Part shown: one piece after another, positions 1-9,179 of the stretch
Position numbering within the stretch: position 1 is the first letter of the stretch
How the letters are laid out: the number at the start of each line of letters is the position of its first letter
Virus record (IMG/VR): IMGVR_UViG_3300020421_000003
Source: a virus
Length of the DNA: 64,000 nt
Strand: one strand, 5' to 3'
Translations under genes and position numbers: made by a program
Notes under the pieces: model-generated
Seen by the model: only the letters and a program-made list of their open reading frames with translations
Databases searched by the model: none
What the model was told of the DNA's origin: nothing

Positions 1-151
1 CCATAGGATCGCGACCATCAACAACCCACTCATTTAAGATGCTTTTAGCATCATCAGCGCGTGAATCTTCGATGCAGAGTCTCATTGCTTCCAACAATGA
101 ATCACCCATGTTATCTAGTGAAGTTTCTTTTTCGTTGATGTCGTAATTCAT
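1..151 (-). CDS. hypothetical protein (runs off the window edge)
   Basis: ATG at 151 overlaps the stop of 148..351 (ATGA); frame MNYDINEKETSLDNMG... is open to the edge. Confidence 0.65.
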   Translation of the reverse strand, partial: MNYDINEKETSLDNMGDSLLEAMRLCIEDSRADDAKSILNEWVVDGRDPM

Positions 152-351
152 GAATTTAGGGGGTTTGAGTAAAAATTGACGATTTCACGATATAGTGAAA
201 CCTGTGGATCATCTGGTGGTTGTTTTAACTCTGCTTCAATGATGTCAAGAATCTCGCCACATTCATCAGCGGCGTCTTCATCAATCAACACAGCATAGTC
301 TTCTACAGCATCAGCAATTAACTCAAGTTGTCGTTTAGTAAATGTTGCCAT
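148..351 (-). CDS. small acidic hypothetical protein
   Basis: 67-aa ORF with an AGGA RBS upstream, in a tightly packed gene array. Confidence 0.7.
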   Translation of the reverse strand: MATFTKRQLELIADAVEDYAVLIDEDAADECGEILDIIEAELKQPPDDPQVSLYREIVNFYSNPLNS

Positions 352-417
352 GGTGTCCTGATTAGGAGTTTGTGGGAGGTCTTACGCTTAATACTGTGCT
401 GCCCCCGTGTTAGTTAA

Positions 418-690
418 TCAACCCACACATGCCATCGGACGATATACATTAGCAGGAATCTTGTCGGTGTGGTAGTCAGTAACTGTAGCGCCTCCAGCGA
501 TACGCTCTGCCCACTCATTACGTGCTGTGAGTGATGTCACAGTGCTGTAAGACTGTTGTCCATTAGCACGAAATGTGACACACTTAACAAAACGCTTGAC
601 GACAACTTTCATGCCTTTGACTTCATCAGACTCAGCAATGAATGCCTCAGGGAAGAAATCGACGATGGTGACGTTGTTTGTGAGTTGCAT
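418..690 (-). CDS. hypothetical early protein
   Basis: Likely start MQLTNN at 690, just downstream of the promoter-like element at 710-760. Confidence 0.7.
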   Translation of the reverse strand: MQLTNNVTIVDFFPEAFIAESDEVKGMKVVVKRFVKCVTFRANGQQSYSTVTSLTARNEWAERIAGGATVTDYHTDKIPANVYRPMACVG

Positions 691-709
691 GTGATGCGTT
701 TCTTTGACT

Positions 710-760
710 CTCTTAATATACACGGTTTTGGGGTGCTGTGCCACTATAGTGGACACTTCA
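710..760 (-). promoter_or_regulatory. putative early promoter with palindromic upstream element
   Basis: Minus strand GTGTCCACTATAGTGGCAC...TGTATATTAA; perfect palindrome CCACTATAGTGG at 741-752; resembles elements at ~1450-1515 and ~5360-5427. Confidence 0.55.
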
Positions 761-973
761 CGAGGTGGTTAGTTTTGAGAGACTGATCACGAGCAAAAAC
801 GAAAGCATAATAACAACATCCCACGCTCTAGTTCTTACAAAATAGGGCACACTGATTAAATCAGCAATTAGTTGAATACTTACACCCAGTAAGATATTCA
901 CATGGAGGATGACAAAATAGGCAGTGATGACACCAACGCTGCCTAATACTCTCGCTTTACTATCAATTGGCAT
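758..973 (-). CDS. small membrane protein
   Basis: Two to three hydrophobic segments; likely start MPIDSK. Confidence 0.65.
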   Translation of the reverse strand: MPIDSKARVLGSVGVITAYFVILHVNILLGVSIQLIADLISVPYFVRTRAWDVVIMLSFLLVISLSKLTTS

Positions 974-1217
974 AAGAAACAATTTTGTAGTTGTTGAGAT
1001 CATCTTTGATGACTCGCTCGTTTGGTGATAACAAACTACGCTCTAGTCGTAGTTGCCAACCCTCCACAATGTCATTCTCAGCAATAACAGCGAAACCGAA
1101 ACATCCTGGTGTTGGCATCATAAACAAACCATGCTTTTCTGCCTCTTGAGTGTTAGCGAAACCTCGGGCAGTGATGGTCCAATCTTTACCAAAGTAGGCA
1201 CAAATAAAGTCAGTCAT
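963..1217 (-). CDS. hypothetical protein
   Basis: 84-aa ORF packed with neighbours. Confidence 0.65.
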   Translation of the reverse strand: MTDFICAYFGKDWTITARGFANTQEAEKHGLFMMPTPGCFGFAVIAENDIVEGWQLRLERSLLSPNERVIKDDLNNYKIVSYAN

Positions 1218-1236
1218 TGTTGTTAATTAAGGGTGA

Positions 1237-1431
1237 TCAGAAAGGGTTAGACCATGACTCGTACTTCTTCATGGTGATATAACCCTCACGGCAAAGTGAG
1301 TCAGTAAAGTATGACCACTCTAGACGCTTAGCAACAGCATCACCACGTAGGCGAGGATTCTGTTTTGTGTCAACCTTCCAGTTGTAACGGAATTGCTCTA
1401 GCGCCTGTGCTTTGGTGATAGTCCTGATCAT
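1237..1431 (-). CDS. hypothetical early protein
   Basis: 64-aa ORF ending WSNPF, downstream of a TATAAT promoter. Confidence 0.7.
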   Translation of the reverse strand: MIRTITKAQALEQFRYNWKVDTKQNPRLRGDAVAKRLEWSYFTDSLCREGYITMKKYESWSNPF

Positions 1432-1449
1432 CGTGTCGTTTGCTGATGA

Positions 1450-1515
1450 ATCAATTATAAGGGGTCAGGGTGCCACTGTGCCGTCAATTGATACCAGTTT
1501 GCGGATTGACACACT
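1450..1515 (-). promoter_or_regulatory. putative early promoter
   Basis: Minus strand GTGTGTCAAT-ccgc-AAACTGGTATC-aaTTGACG...TATAAT. Confidence 0.55.
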
Positions 1516-2016
1516 AGGGTAGACCGCTCCCAAACTCACACGATATCCGCTCTCAGGTCCCTCACCGCGATGGATCACACTTGAGTTGAATATAACTAAG
1601 CGACCTAGTTTCCATTCTACAGTATCATCCTCAAACACAGTATTGCCACTGTTACCATGTCCCATGTAGATAACACTCAAATAATTATCACTATCAGCAT
1701 CAGTATGATCACACCCTGATTGACCAGCAAGTTGACCATTTAAGAGCACACGATGACAATGACCGACAGTCCATTCTTTACACAAATCATTCCACATGCA
1801 GTGATTGAAATATTCAATAAACCACCATGGTTTAATGTCAATGAATTGATCATTCTCCACTAACATTGACCCGAAGAATCGTGCCTTCTCAAAATCTGCA
1901 TATGGTGAGTTATTATACCTAACAGGCATAAACTCTAGATCTTGTGATACTTTCTCCACCATCCATCGTGGAAAGTAATCATCAACTATCGTTATCTCGT
2001 CCTTGGGATGCATCAT
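1465..2016 (-). CDS. 2OG-Fe(II) oxygenase
   Basis: HTD iron motif, GNTVF, GRLVIFNSSVIH, RVS 2OG-binding motif. Confidence 0.85.
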   Translation of the reverse strand: MMHPKDEITIVDDYFPRWMVEKVSQDLEFMPVRYNNSPYADFEKARFFGSMLVENDQFIDIKPWWFIEYFNHCMWNDLCKEWTVGHCHRVLLNGQLAGQSGCDHTDADSDNYLSVIYMGHGNSGNTVFEDDTVEWKLGRLVIFNSSVIHRGEGPESGYRVSLGAVYPSVSIRKLVSIDGTVAP

Positions 2017-2191
2017 ATGCTGAGTCTAATAATTCGTTTAATTCCTTACACTTGTTGACACGCTCACTGATACTATCCTCAAGGGATTCACCATCCAATG
2101 TAGAATCGCCATAACGTGCCATCATGTCCTTAAGTTGCTCTAATGCCTTGGCAACTTTCTCTCCTTCGGATCTACCATCCTTCATCATCAT
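1982..2191 (-). CDS. hypothetical protein
   Basis: 69-aa helical ORF overlapping both neighbours. Confidence 0.6.
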   Translation of the reverse strand: MMMKDGRSEGEKVAKALEQLKDMMARYGDSTLDGESLEDSISERVNKCKELNELLDSAYDASQGRDNDS

Positions 2192-2384
2192 CTGCCTCCC
2201 TGTTAATAATCTCTCGCAATCCTTCTGTGATCATGACTTGAATCTGCTCTTCAGTTAGACCCTTAAACATACTATATCTAGGGTCATTCTCGTCCCATTG
2301 TACTTCAAATGTGCCATCATCATTCTCTGTGATGGAGAGACCATCAACGTCATTGAAATCCTTTGGGTTGTTGTTGTTTTGCAT
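2172..2384 (-). CDS. hypothetical acidic protein
   Basis: 70-aa ORF with WDENDPRY, typical small cyanophage protein. Confidence 0.65.
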   Translation of the reverse strand: MQNNNNPKDFNDVDGLSITENDDGTFEVQWDENDPRYSMFKGLTEEQIQVMITEGLREIINREADDDEGW

Positions 2385-2562
2385 CGATTACCTCAATAGT
2401 TTTAATGAATTGGTGATAATTCCACCACGCTGTTTGTGCTTCCTCCCATGAGGATACGATCTTCACACTGTTATCTGTACACCATATCTTATAACGGTGG
2501 CGGTCATAAGGGGCATCACTGGTCTGTGTGAAATAGGGTGGCAATTCGTTAGTTGATTTCAT
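2350..2562 (-). CDS. hypothetical protein
   Basis: FTQTSDAPYDRHRYK motif; likely start MKSTNE. Confidence 0.65.
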   Translation of the reverse strand: MKSTNELPPYFTQTSDAPYDRHRYKIWCTDNSVKIVSSWEEAQTAWWNYHQFIKTIEVIDAKQQQPKGFQ

Positions 2563-2752
2563 GATAGTCCCAGTCATTGTCATGTGGATAGTCTACCCAA
2601 AACCAGAAGTCAACGTTGTCGATAGCACTGAAAAACCAGCGATCAGCACGTTTGTGCTCAAGATAAACTAATGATTTAGAGTTTAGATTGTTGGCAAAGA
2701 TGGTCTTTGCCTTGTCACTCTTGGGCGTGACTTTGCATTTACCTCTTAACAT
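2549..2752 (-). CDS. hypothetical protein
   Basis: VTPKSDKAKTIFAN...FWFWV...DWD. Confidence 0.65.
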   Translation of the reverse strand: MLRGKCKVTPKSDKAKTIFANNLNSKSLVYLEHKRADRWFFSAIDNVDFWFWVDYPHDNDWDYHEIN

Positions 2753-3033
2753 AGAATGCCTGCAAGTGGACCTAGATTGAGTTGCATTGACGTATACGGG
2801 CGAGTGTCAGCAAAGTCAACTACTTTTCCTGGTTTCTTGTGATTGATTGGAGCAATGTAGGTGTGCTTTCTTGTGTTGTAAAAACCCCAGATAGATTTAA
2901 CAGGAGCACCACTGTTGTAAACGTATTCAGCACGATTGCAAATCCAAATAGATAAGACACTCTGCTTATGTTGTGTAACCTCATAATAATAACCTTTGGG
3001 TGCTTTGTGTGTGAAACTTTCAGGTAGCATCAT
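2746..3033 (-). CDS. conserved cyanophage hypothetical protein
   Basis: FTHKAPKGYYYE...SIWGFY...TRPYTSMQL. Confidence 0.7.
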   Translation of the reverse strand: MMLPESFTHKAPKGYYYEVTQHKQSVLSIWICNRAEYVYNSGAPVKSIWGFYNTRKHTYIAPINHKKPGKVVDFADTRPYTSMQLNLGPLAGILC

Positions 3034-3917
3034 AATGATAGAAACTTACGATAACAACCACGATTCTTGAGTTTGTCGTGGTGCATGTCAGCAACTGTGA
3101 CATTTAACTCAATCCTACCATCTTCACTGGTGATGATACGATCAAGACCAATACACAATAGTTGATAGAATAGAGTCAATCGACCCTCATTACTCATGTC
3201 AACTGAATTTGAATTCCAGTAAGTAATTATATCAGATGTTAGTTTAGTAGTTTTACCATCCAGGCGAGCAAGAATCTCCTCCTCTAACAACTCAAGGAAA
3301 GTTAGAGCAGATTGATTATACTTGTGTGAGCAGGCAAGTGTTGCCCATGCACCTAATACTTTCGACTGAGATGAAAACTTCTCAGTATTTGTGAGGAAAG
3401 TATCAACCAGTGCAACACCCTCACGAATGTCATCACGCCACAATTCCCACTCTCTCACAGCATTATTGATTGTGAGTTTGACACCACGACGCCGACGTAA
3501 TACGTCACCAAGAATAGCAACTTCACTGGCAAGTGCAGTCTTATCTTTACGTTGGATCTCATCACATGCTCGTCTAGGTTTAGCGAGCACAGTATTTGAG
3601 AAGCAGTTAAGGGCAACACCAGTCGCAACAATACACTCAAATGTATCATCAGGATCATGCCATTTAGCAATAGCACTGAGACGATATTGTCCCTCAGTTA
3701 GGTTACCTTGCTCATTGAATGTGATCGGTTGACCATCATACAACCAACCTGTTTCTCTGATACCAGAATAGATCTCATTGATGTGATTCTTACAGATCTT
3801 TCTGTTATCAAAATTGTGGTTGTCGATGACATATTGGGCATGATCTCTATTCAAATGATAGATGCCAACTGTCTTCTCCTTTGTGATCTCAAATGGTAGT
3901 GTGTTTGCGATTGTCAT
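3030..3917 (-). CDS. ParB/DGQHR-like N-terminal domain protein
   Basis: NR...W.YDGQPI.F...GNLTEGQYRLSAI resembles the (L/I)DGQHRL motif; ATG at 3917 overlaps the MTase stop (ATGA). Confidence 0.5.
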   Translation of the reverse strand: MTIANTLPFEITKEKTVGIYHLNRDHAQYVIDNHNFDNRKICKNHINEIYSGIRETGWLYDGQPITFNEQGNLTEGQYRLSAIAKWHDPDDTFECIVATGVALNCFSNTVLAKPRRACDEIQRKDKTALASEVAILGDVLRRRRGVKLTINNAVREWELWRDDIREGVALVDTFLTNTEKFSSQSKVLGAWATLACSHKYNQSALTFLELLEEEILARLDGKTTKLTSDIITYWNSNSVDMSNEGRLTLFYQLLCIGLDRIITSEDGRIELNVTVADMHHDKLKNRGCYRKFLSL

Positions 3918-4753
3918 AATAAACGAGTGAATACATTGTCTGTCCATGGTAGCACACGCTCGGCACACATCTGATGATATGTTTCATCGATCTCAAAACC
4001 GATAAAATTGCGATTCTCTTCTAGGCACACCTGGGCGGTGGTCCCTGCTCCCATGAAAGGATCAAGAATAACATCATTAACATCAGACCATGTAAGAATG
4101 TGCCCTCGTGCTAACTCTTCAGGCATAGTTGCTGGATGTTTGTAACTTGCCTTGGATGATTGTCCGAAACCTCCTGAGTTTTTGATCTTCCAAATGTTAG
4201 TCCTGACACCATACTCACGAATGACTTTAGACTTCTTGCCTGGGTCATTCATGGTGCCATCCTTCTTACGAGTCTTAGCATTGCCGAAACTCGTATACCC
4301 TGCCCATGCATTCTTCTTATCTTGGATAAGATTAATGGTCTTGGGTCTACCCTTGGAGAGTATAAAACAATACTCAAAGATCTGAGTATATCTTACACTC
4401 TTAGGACCAGATGCGAAGGCAGTGCCTGTCTTCTCATATATCATGGTGTCATGTAGTTTGAGACCACATTGATCCATAAAATATAAGCATTGACGGAAAC
4501 TGCTGCCAGTCTCTGATCCTTTGACTGTGGCATCGTTAACATTCCACATGATAACTCCACCCTGCTTTAACACACGAGTGAGGTTATCTGCGACCTGTGT
4601 AAACACAGTGTGATCCCATTGACTGCTGTCGTTGTATGTCCTCAGGTCATCATAGGGAGGAGAGGTAACAACTAAGTCAACACTCTCCTCATCCATGAGT
4701 TGCATACCATCGATGCAATTCATGAGGTGAGTTTCATTCAGCGAGAGTTTCAT
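3914..4753 (-). CDS. DNA amino-methyltransferase, beta class (N6_N4_Mtase; SPPY suggests N4-cytosine)
   Basis: VDLVVTSPPY (motif IV) near the N-terminus; HPATMP; ILDPFMGAGTT (motif I) near the C-terminus; NFIGFEID. Confidence 0.92.
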   Translation of the reverse strand: MKLSLNETHLMNCIDGMQLMDEESVDLVVTSPPYDDLRTYNDSSQWDHTVFTQVADNLTRVLKQGGVIMWNVNDATVKGSETGSSFRQCLYFMDQCGLKLHDTMIYEKTGTAFASGPKSVRYTQIFEYCFILSKGRPKTINLIQDKKNAWAGYTSFGNAKTRKKDGTMNDPGKKSKVIREYGVRTNIWKIKNSGGFGQSSKASYKHPATMPEELARGHILTWSDVNDVILDPFMGAGTTAQVCLEENRNFIGFEIDETYHQMCAERVLPWTDNVFTRLL

Positions 4754-5342
4754 AGTCAGTGTGGATGAATTTACGAGTCTTACGCACTTTACCATAGATT
4801 ACGGTAATGCAGTGCAGGTCATCATTGTGGACGCGAAGAGTAGAGAAACCGTTGTTATTCTTGCCAGTTTCTGTCACCTTATCATCCCAACCAGTTTCAG
4901 GATGTGTGGCAGTGGAGAGATCAACAATGCAAGCAAATACAGATGGGAAGATGTTACCCACTTGAGTTGCTTTAACACAAAAGATCTTATCAACCTTAGT
5001 CTTGCTGTGGTTGTTACCAGTAGCGAAGGATGATGTTGACTGCGTGAGTGTCAACTTATTCTCTAGTTTCTCACCACATAGAATAGCATCGTAACCAGTA
5101 GTTTCTTCGGTGATGTAGTCAACGCGGTTGAGATCTGCAGCATCCTGCAGAGCAGGGTTAAACACGTTGGCAAGCAGTTTAGTCTTGTCTACGGTAGTCT
5201 CACCGAAATACTCATCAAGGTCGTTGAAACGACCGCCTGAGAGCACGCTGAGACCCTTCTGAAGGCGTTGTGTGCTCAAGGAGATCGCTTTAGGCACGAT
5301 GCGAAACAGTTGATCAGCGAGTTGTGTGTTGGTGGTAGTCAT
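4734..5342 (-). CDS. hypothetical protein, possible PD-(D/E)xK endonuclease
   Basis: GYD-x8-ENK (TGYDAILCGEKLENKLT); overlaps the MTase start; likely start MTTTNT. Confidence 0.45.
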   Translation of the reverse strand: MTTTNTQLADQLFRIVPKAISLSTQRLQKGLSVLSGGRFNDLDEYFGETTVDKTKLLANVFNPALQDAADLNRVDYITEETTGYDAILCGEKLENKLTLTQSTSSFATGNNHSKTKVDKIFCVKATQVGNIFPSVFACIVDLSTATHPETGWDDKVTETGKNNNGFSTLRVHNDDLHCITVIYGKVRKTRKFIHTDYETLAE

Positions 5343-5359
5343 GTCGTGTTTCTTTGGTA

Positions 5360-5427
5360 TGCATATAATATACAGGAAGGAAACACGGTGCGCCATCTCA
5401 GGTGGACAGTTTACCCAACTGTCACAC
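5360..5427 (-). promoter_or_regulatory. putative early promoter with inverted repeat
   Basis: GACAGTT-taccc-AACTGTC inverted repeat at 5405-5423; minus-strand TGTATATTATAT -10-like box at ~5363-5374. Confidence 0.6.
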
Positions 5428-5756
5428 TACCTCTTGTTGAGATCAGGCAGCAGATCATTTCCTGGGTGGTCCTCTGTGGTGCCACGATATGCTTTATGAT
5501 CATAAAAATGCTCATCTTCAATCTCAAGATCATCCCAAAACATTGGATATATGCATAGACAACACTTATTGTATGGTTGTCTATATCCTGGTGGATTAGG
5601 TTTGGATGATATACACAAGGTGATGTATTCATCACTCACGAATTCAATCGTGCCCTCAAAATCTTGAAACCTTGCAGGCATACCAACTTCAAGAGATCGT
5701 AGGATGTTGCTAACTTCTTTAGGCACAGATTCAGAGATAAAGAGTGGGATAGTCAT
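5427..5756 (-). CDS. hypothetical protein
   Basis: GTIEFVSDEYITLCI, typical small cyanophage protein. Confidence 0.65.
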   Translation of the reverse strand: MTIPLFISESVPKEVSNILRSLEVGMPARFQDFEGTIEFVSDEYITLCISSKPNPPGYRQPYNKCCLCIYPMFWDDLEIEDEHFYDHKAYRGTTEDHPGNDLLPDLNKR

Positions 5757-6373
5757 AAGGTTAATGCAGTGTCTTCATAACCAAATGGACCTTTAAGGAA
5801 ATAATTAAAGGCACATGAGTAGCGATCTTCTTCAGTGTCACTGGGTGACACATAGTGAGGCAAGTGAGATGGGAAGATAATAATAGTCCCCTCACATGGT
5901 TCGATTGGAAACTCCCGTTGATTAAGGTAGTTGCTCTCCATGATATCAGGTTGCACAGTGCTTGTCAAGTATGTTGGAAACATGGTGGGCATCCTCAGAC
6001 GAAACTCACCGCAGTTGGGTGGCACCTTAATATACAAACAACCGCTAAACATACTATTGACATGAGTATGCTCAGCGGCGCTATCACCAATGCCATGGTA
6101 ATTAATCCATGATGATTGATGTTGTAATCTGTGTTTACGACTGATTGTTAATGCTTCATGCACATATATGTCCATGTGTTGATCAACAATATCCTTGACA
6201 TCTAAGTGATTAGATAACCACTGTGTGTCCTGTGACATGAATCCATTCTTCTTATATGCACCATCTAGGGACATATCTTGCATGGGTGTCTTTTCTGCCC
6301 TCGTCAATACATCAGGGTCTAAATTAACAACGTCAATATAGACTGGTTGTGAGAAGAGAGGCAGGATTTCCAT
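5753..6373 (-). CDS. putative 2OG-Fe(II) oxygenase, TIGR02466-like
   Basis: LFSQP, SWIN, HTH, SGCLY, IIIFPSHLPH, RYSCAFN. Confidence 0.85.
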   Translation of the reverse strand: MEILPLFSQPVYIDVVNLDPDVLTRAEKTPMQDMSLDGAYKKNGFMSQDTQWLSNHLDVKDIVDQHMDIYVHEALTISRKHRLQHQSSWINYHGIGDSAAEHTHVNSMFSGCLYIKVPPNCGEFRLRMPTMFPTYLTSTVQPDIMESNYLNQREFPIEPCEGTIIIFPSHLPHYVSPSDTEEDRYSCAFNYFLKGPFGYEDTALTL

Positions 6374-6528
6374 TACAAATGCAGAGTGTCAACGATATTC
6401 TTTAGTGATTCATTTTGCACGGTTGTCATGTGTCCGTGTTTTTCATGTGCATTCTTCTGATATAAGAAGAGAGCGTGCTTCAACAATGATTTTTCTTGTT
6501 GAGATAGGATGGCAGACTTATTAAACAT
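6373..6528 (-). CDS. small hypothetical protein (51 aa, below the ORF-track cutoff)
   Basis: GGAG RBS; MFNKSAILSQQEKSLLKHALFLYQK...; stop overlaps the next ATG (TAATG). Confidence 0.6.
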   Translation of the reverse strand: MFNKSAILSQQEKSLLKHALFLYQKNAHEKHGHMTTVQNESLKNIVDTLHL

Positions 6529-6566
6529 GAGTGATACTCCGACATGAATATCTTATCGTATTCGGA

Positions 6567-7271
6567 TCATTTGTCCATGGATTGCCAAATCTTTTTCACG
6601 GTTTCAACATTTAATCCAGCGATACCTTGATCTTCAACGGGTGGCATATTATTTATTTCGTGATCAACAAACAGTTTATGTCTTGTCTCACTATCCATAT
6701 ATTTGAATGCCAAGATGTATCTGTTAAACATATACTTGGGCGTTGGTGGTCTACCAGTGTGAGGAATACGCCCGTCAAATATAACAACACGCCCAGGTCT
6801 AGGTGTCACAATACGTTGTGCCTCTAATTTATCATCATAGAATATAGTTTCACCACCCCAGTTTGCATTCCACTCTGCATTGAGATATACCAACACAGTC
6901 TTATTATCCTCTGCAAAGTATGGTGCATCACAATGAATCCCTGGGTTATCATTATACTTAAGCACGTTGATATATGCTGCATAACATTCATCGCGTGGTG
7001 GCATATCAGGTAACTTTGCTTCAAGATATGACAACACATCTTTCCACAATGGATTCTCACTACCATGCAATCCTGGAGATTGTAACTCATCAGGATCATC
7101 AACTGGACAATAGTTATAAAACTGGTGTGTCCAATACATCCCTGCTAGATCTAATTCAGGTTGTGATTGTGTGGGTGGCACATCAACTCTAGTGTAATAA
7201 TATGGGAGATGCACTACTTGAGAGAATAACTCCTCACTCACTACCTTAGTATCAAATACTTTAATTGACAT
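6567..7271 (-). CDS. 2OG-Fe(II) oxygenase (prolyl-hydroxylase-like)
   Basis: HCD, VLVYLN.EW...WGGET, PRPGRVVIFDGRIPH, RY. Confidence 0.9.
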   Translation of the reverse strand: MSIKVFDTKVVSEELFSQVVHLPYYYTRVDVPPTQSQPELDLAGMYWTHQFYNYCPVDDPDELQSPGLHGSENPLWKDVLSYLEAKLPDMPPRDECYAAYINVLKYNDNPGIHCDAPYFAEDNKTVLVYLNAEWNANWGGETIFYDDKLEAQRIVTPRPGRVVIFDGRIPHTGRPPTPKYMFNRYILAFKYMDSETRHKLFVDHEINNMPPVEDQGIAGLNVETVKKIWQSMDK

Positions 7272-7878
7272 AGTTACCCATCACATTCATGCTCATGACA
7301 TATCTATCTTTGTTTGTCTTATTAACTTCAGTCTTATGTGTCAACCATCCTGGGAAGAATAGCACATCATTAGTTTGCACATCGATATACTCCCAGTCCA
7401 TACCCATGTCATAATAATTATAGTCAAGAGGTTCTGATAGTTTATACTGGCAGTATGGATTCTTCACCATAAATCTACCACTACCCTCAGGCACTGATAG
7501 ATAAGCAGCACAGGCAACTGTGACATTCTGATGATGATGCTCATCAGTCCATGCACCATTGGGATGCACATTGATCCATGATTCTGACAGCATTTTATTC
7601 ATTGGAGTGAGATGCCATAGGTCCCAGATCCTATTAACACGCTCATAAAACCATGGCATAAAATCTTCAAACTCCTCCCATATATGAGGTGGAGTGATTC
7701 TATTAATGACTACACTTGTAGTGCCACCACCTTTCTCATGGGTTTCATATTTGTTATCGTCGATCACTTGTTGTGCTGCTACCATGTGACCCATGGTCCT
7801 TGCTTGTAGTTTTGAATCTTCAAAACCAAAGTCATACTTACATCGATGAATGATGGGAAATGGATTATACGATTTCAT
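7261..7878 (-). CDS. putative 2OG-Fe(II) oxygenase, TIGR02466-like
   Basis: SWIN, HHH, FFPGWLTH, RYVMSMN. Confidence 0.85.
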   Translation of the reverse strand: MKSYNPFPIIHRCKYDFGFEDSKLQARTMGHMVAAQQVIDDNKYETHEKGGGTTSVVINRITPPHIWEEFEDFMPWFYERVNRIWDLWHLTPMNKMLSESWINVHPNGAWTDEHHHQNVTVACAAYLSVPEGSGRFMVKNPYCQYKLSEPLDYNYYDMGMDWEYIDVQTNDVLFFPGWLTHKTEVNKTNKDRYVMSMNVMGNYVN

Positions 7879-8560
7879 GCCATCTCCTGTCTTTACGTTT
7901 CAAAGGACACATATGTTGCATTGGAATAGATACACTCAAACGTTTACCGCTAGGTTGTGCTTGGTGATAACATCTAGCGGGGATGTATAACATATCACCT
8001 GGCGTCATTATAACATCAATGGCACAATCTAGATAGTCATGCTCTGGGTTGTCATGTCTCTGTGACATTAGATTAGAGCAACGGTTATTATATACTTTCC
8101 AGTGTGTCTCTCCCTCTACTTGAATAATAAAATTATTAGCAAAGTCTTCATGAATTCTGAATGATTTAGTCTCACCTATACCAGCATATATGTGCATACT
8201 TGCCTGCACTGGAGGAAACATCTCCTCTACACTTTGCATGATATTCTGTCTCTTTTGATCAATGAAATCAAACTCATTGATGATAAGATTATGACCATCA
8301 TTAAACATCTTAACTAATGTCTCAGCATCAGGAGATGGTGGACCCCATGCTCTCTCATATACTGGGTAGTTTTCAAACGATGCAACAATTCTATTGATAA
8401 ACTGCATCTTAAAATGCTCAGGATGATTGAGACAATACTCTACATCTTGCCAAGTGCAGTAATAGTGAGGATCATCAATTACTCCCTTCCAATAGTGTGG
8501 CGTGTCATCAAGTGACCAGTCTTTGTTAAGACTCTGTAAAATCGAATAGATCATGCTCAC
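7865..8560 (-). CDS. JmjC/cupin-4 (ROXA/YcfD-like) oxygenase
   Basis: HED..NFIIQVEG.THW..Y, PGDMLYIPARCYH. Confidence 0.85.
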   Translation of the reverse strand: MSMIYSILQSLNKDWSLDDTPHYWKGVIDDPHYYCTWQDVEYCLNHPEHFKMQFINRIVASFENYPVYERAWGPPSPDAETLVKMFNDGHNLIINEFDFIDQKRQNIMQSVEEMFPPVQASMHIYAGIGETKSFRIHEDFANNFIIQVEGETHWKVYNNRCSNLMSQRHDNPEHDYLDCAIDVIMTPGDMLYIPARCYHQAQPSGKRLSVSIPMQHMCPLKRKDRRWHEIV

Positions 8561-9179
8561 AAGTAAAATTTAGATTCAATATAACCCTGAATGGATTAGT
8601 TGTCGGGTTAGATGATGAGTGGAATTGATGACCATCAAATGCAAATAGTTTATTTGCTTTCGGTGTTGCTCTGAAGCACTCATTATATGACTGAGTTCTT
8701 GCTTTTGTCCAGCGTTGGTTAACATCACCATACATTGGATCATCATACTCATGAAAGAATACAGTGTCACCACTGCTGTCATGTAAGTAAAATAATGCTG
8801 CATAGTGATCACTCTCATGATCAGTATGTGGTCCGTTATGTGAGTCTTTACCGTTTGCTAGTTGTAATGCCAACCTAGCACGAAAGAATTGCACAGGATA
8901 AGGTAATGCATCACTCACACTATCTAGTAGTGGTTGAAACATAGGCAGAAATGGACTCTCTACGCCCTCCTGATCTAACAGTACATGAGTGAATCCCAGA
9001 GTCTTTTGCTCCTCTGGAATATCACCTAGATGCACATCACCAAACTGTGCAGTTTGAGGTGTGTAACTAATATCTTCAGATAGAAAAAACCATGGGAATC
9101 CATTCATCCCTGATGTCAACGTGTATAACCTCTGAAGGTAACTAGGGGTCAGTAGATCATCTACTTGGATATATTTCAT
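8526..9179 (-). CDS. 2OG-Fe(II) oxygenase
   Basis: FPWF, PHTD, LFYLHDSSGDTVFF, FDGHQFHSS, RVILN; likely start MKYIQV. Confidence 0.85.
   Translation of the reverse strand: MKYIQVDDLLTPSYLQRLYTLTSGMNGFPWFFLSEDISYTPQTAQFGDVHLGDIPEEQKTLGFTHVLLDQEGVESPFLPMFQPLLDSVSDALPYPVQFFRARLALQLANGKDSHNGPHTDHESDHYAALFYLHDSSGDTVFFHEYDDPMYGDVNQRWTKARTQSYNECFRATPKANKLFAFDGHQFHSSSNPTTNPFRVILNLNFTCEHDLFDFTES

Noticed and set aside
3030-3917. Dnd phosphorothioation system implied by the DGQHR-like motif
   Set aside because: No DndA/C/D/E genes nearby and the motif is degenerate (EGQYR).
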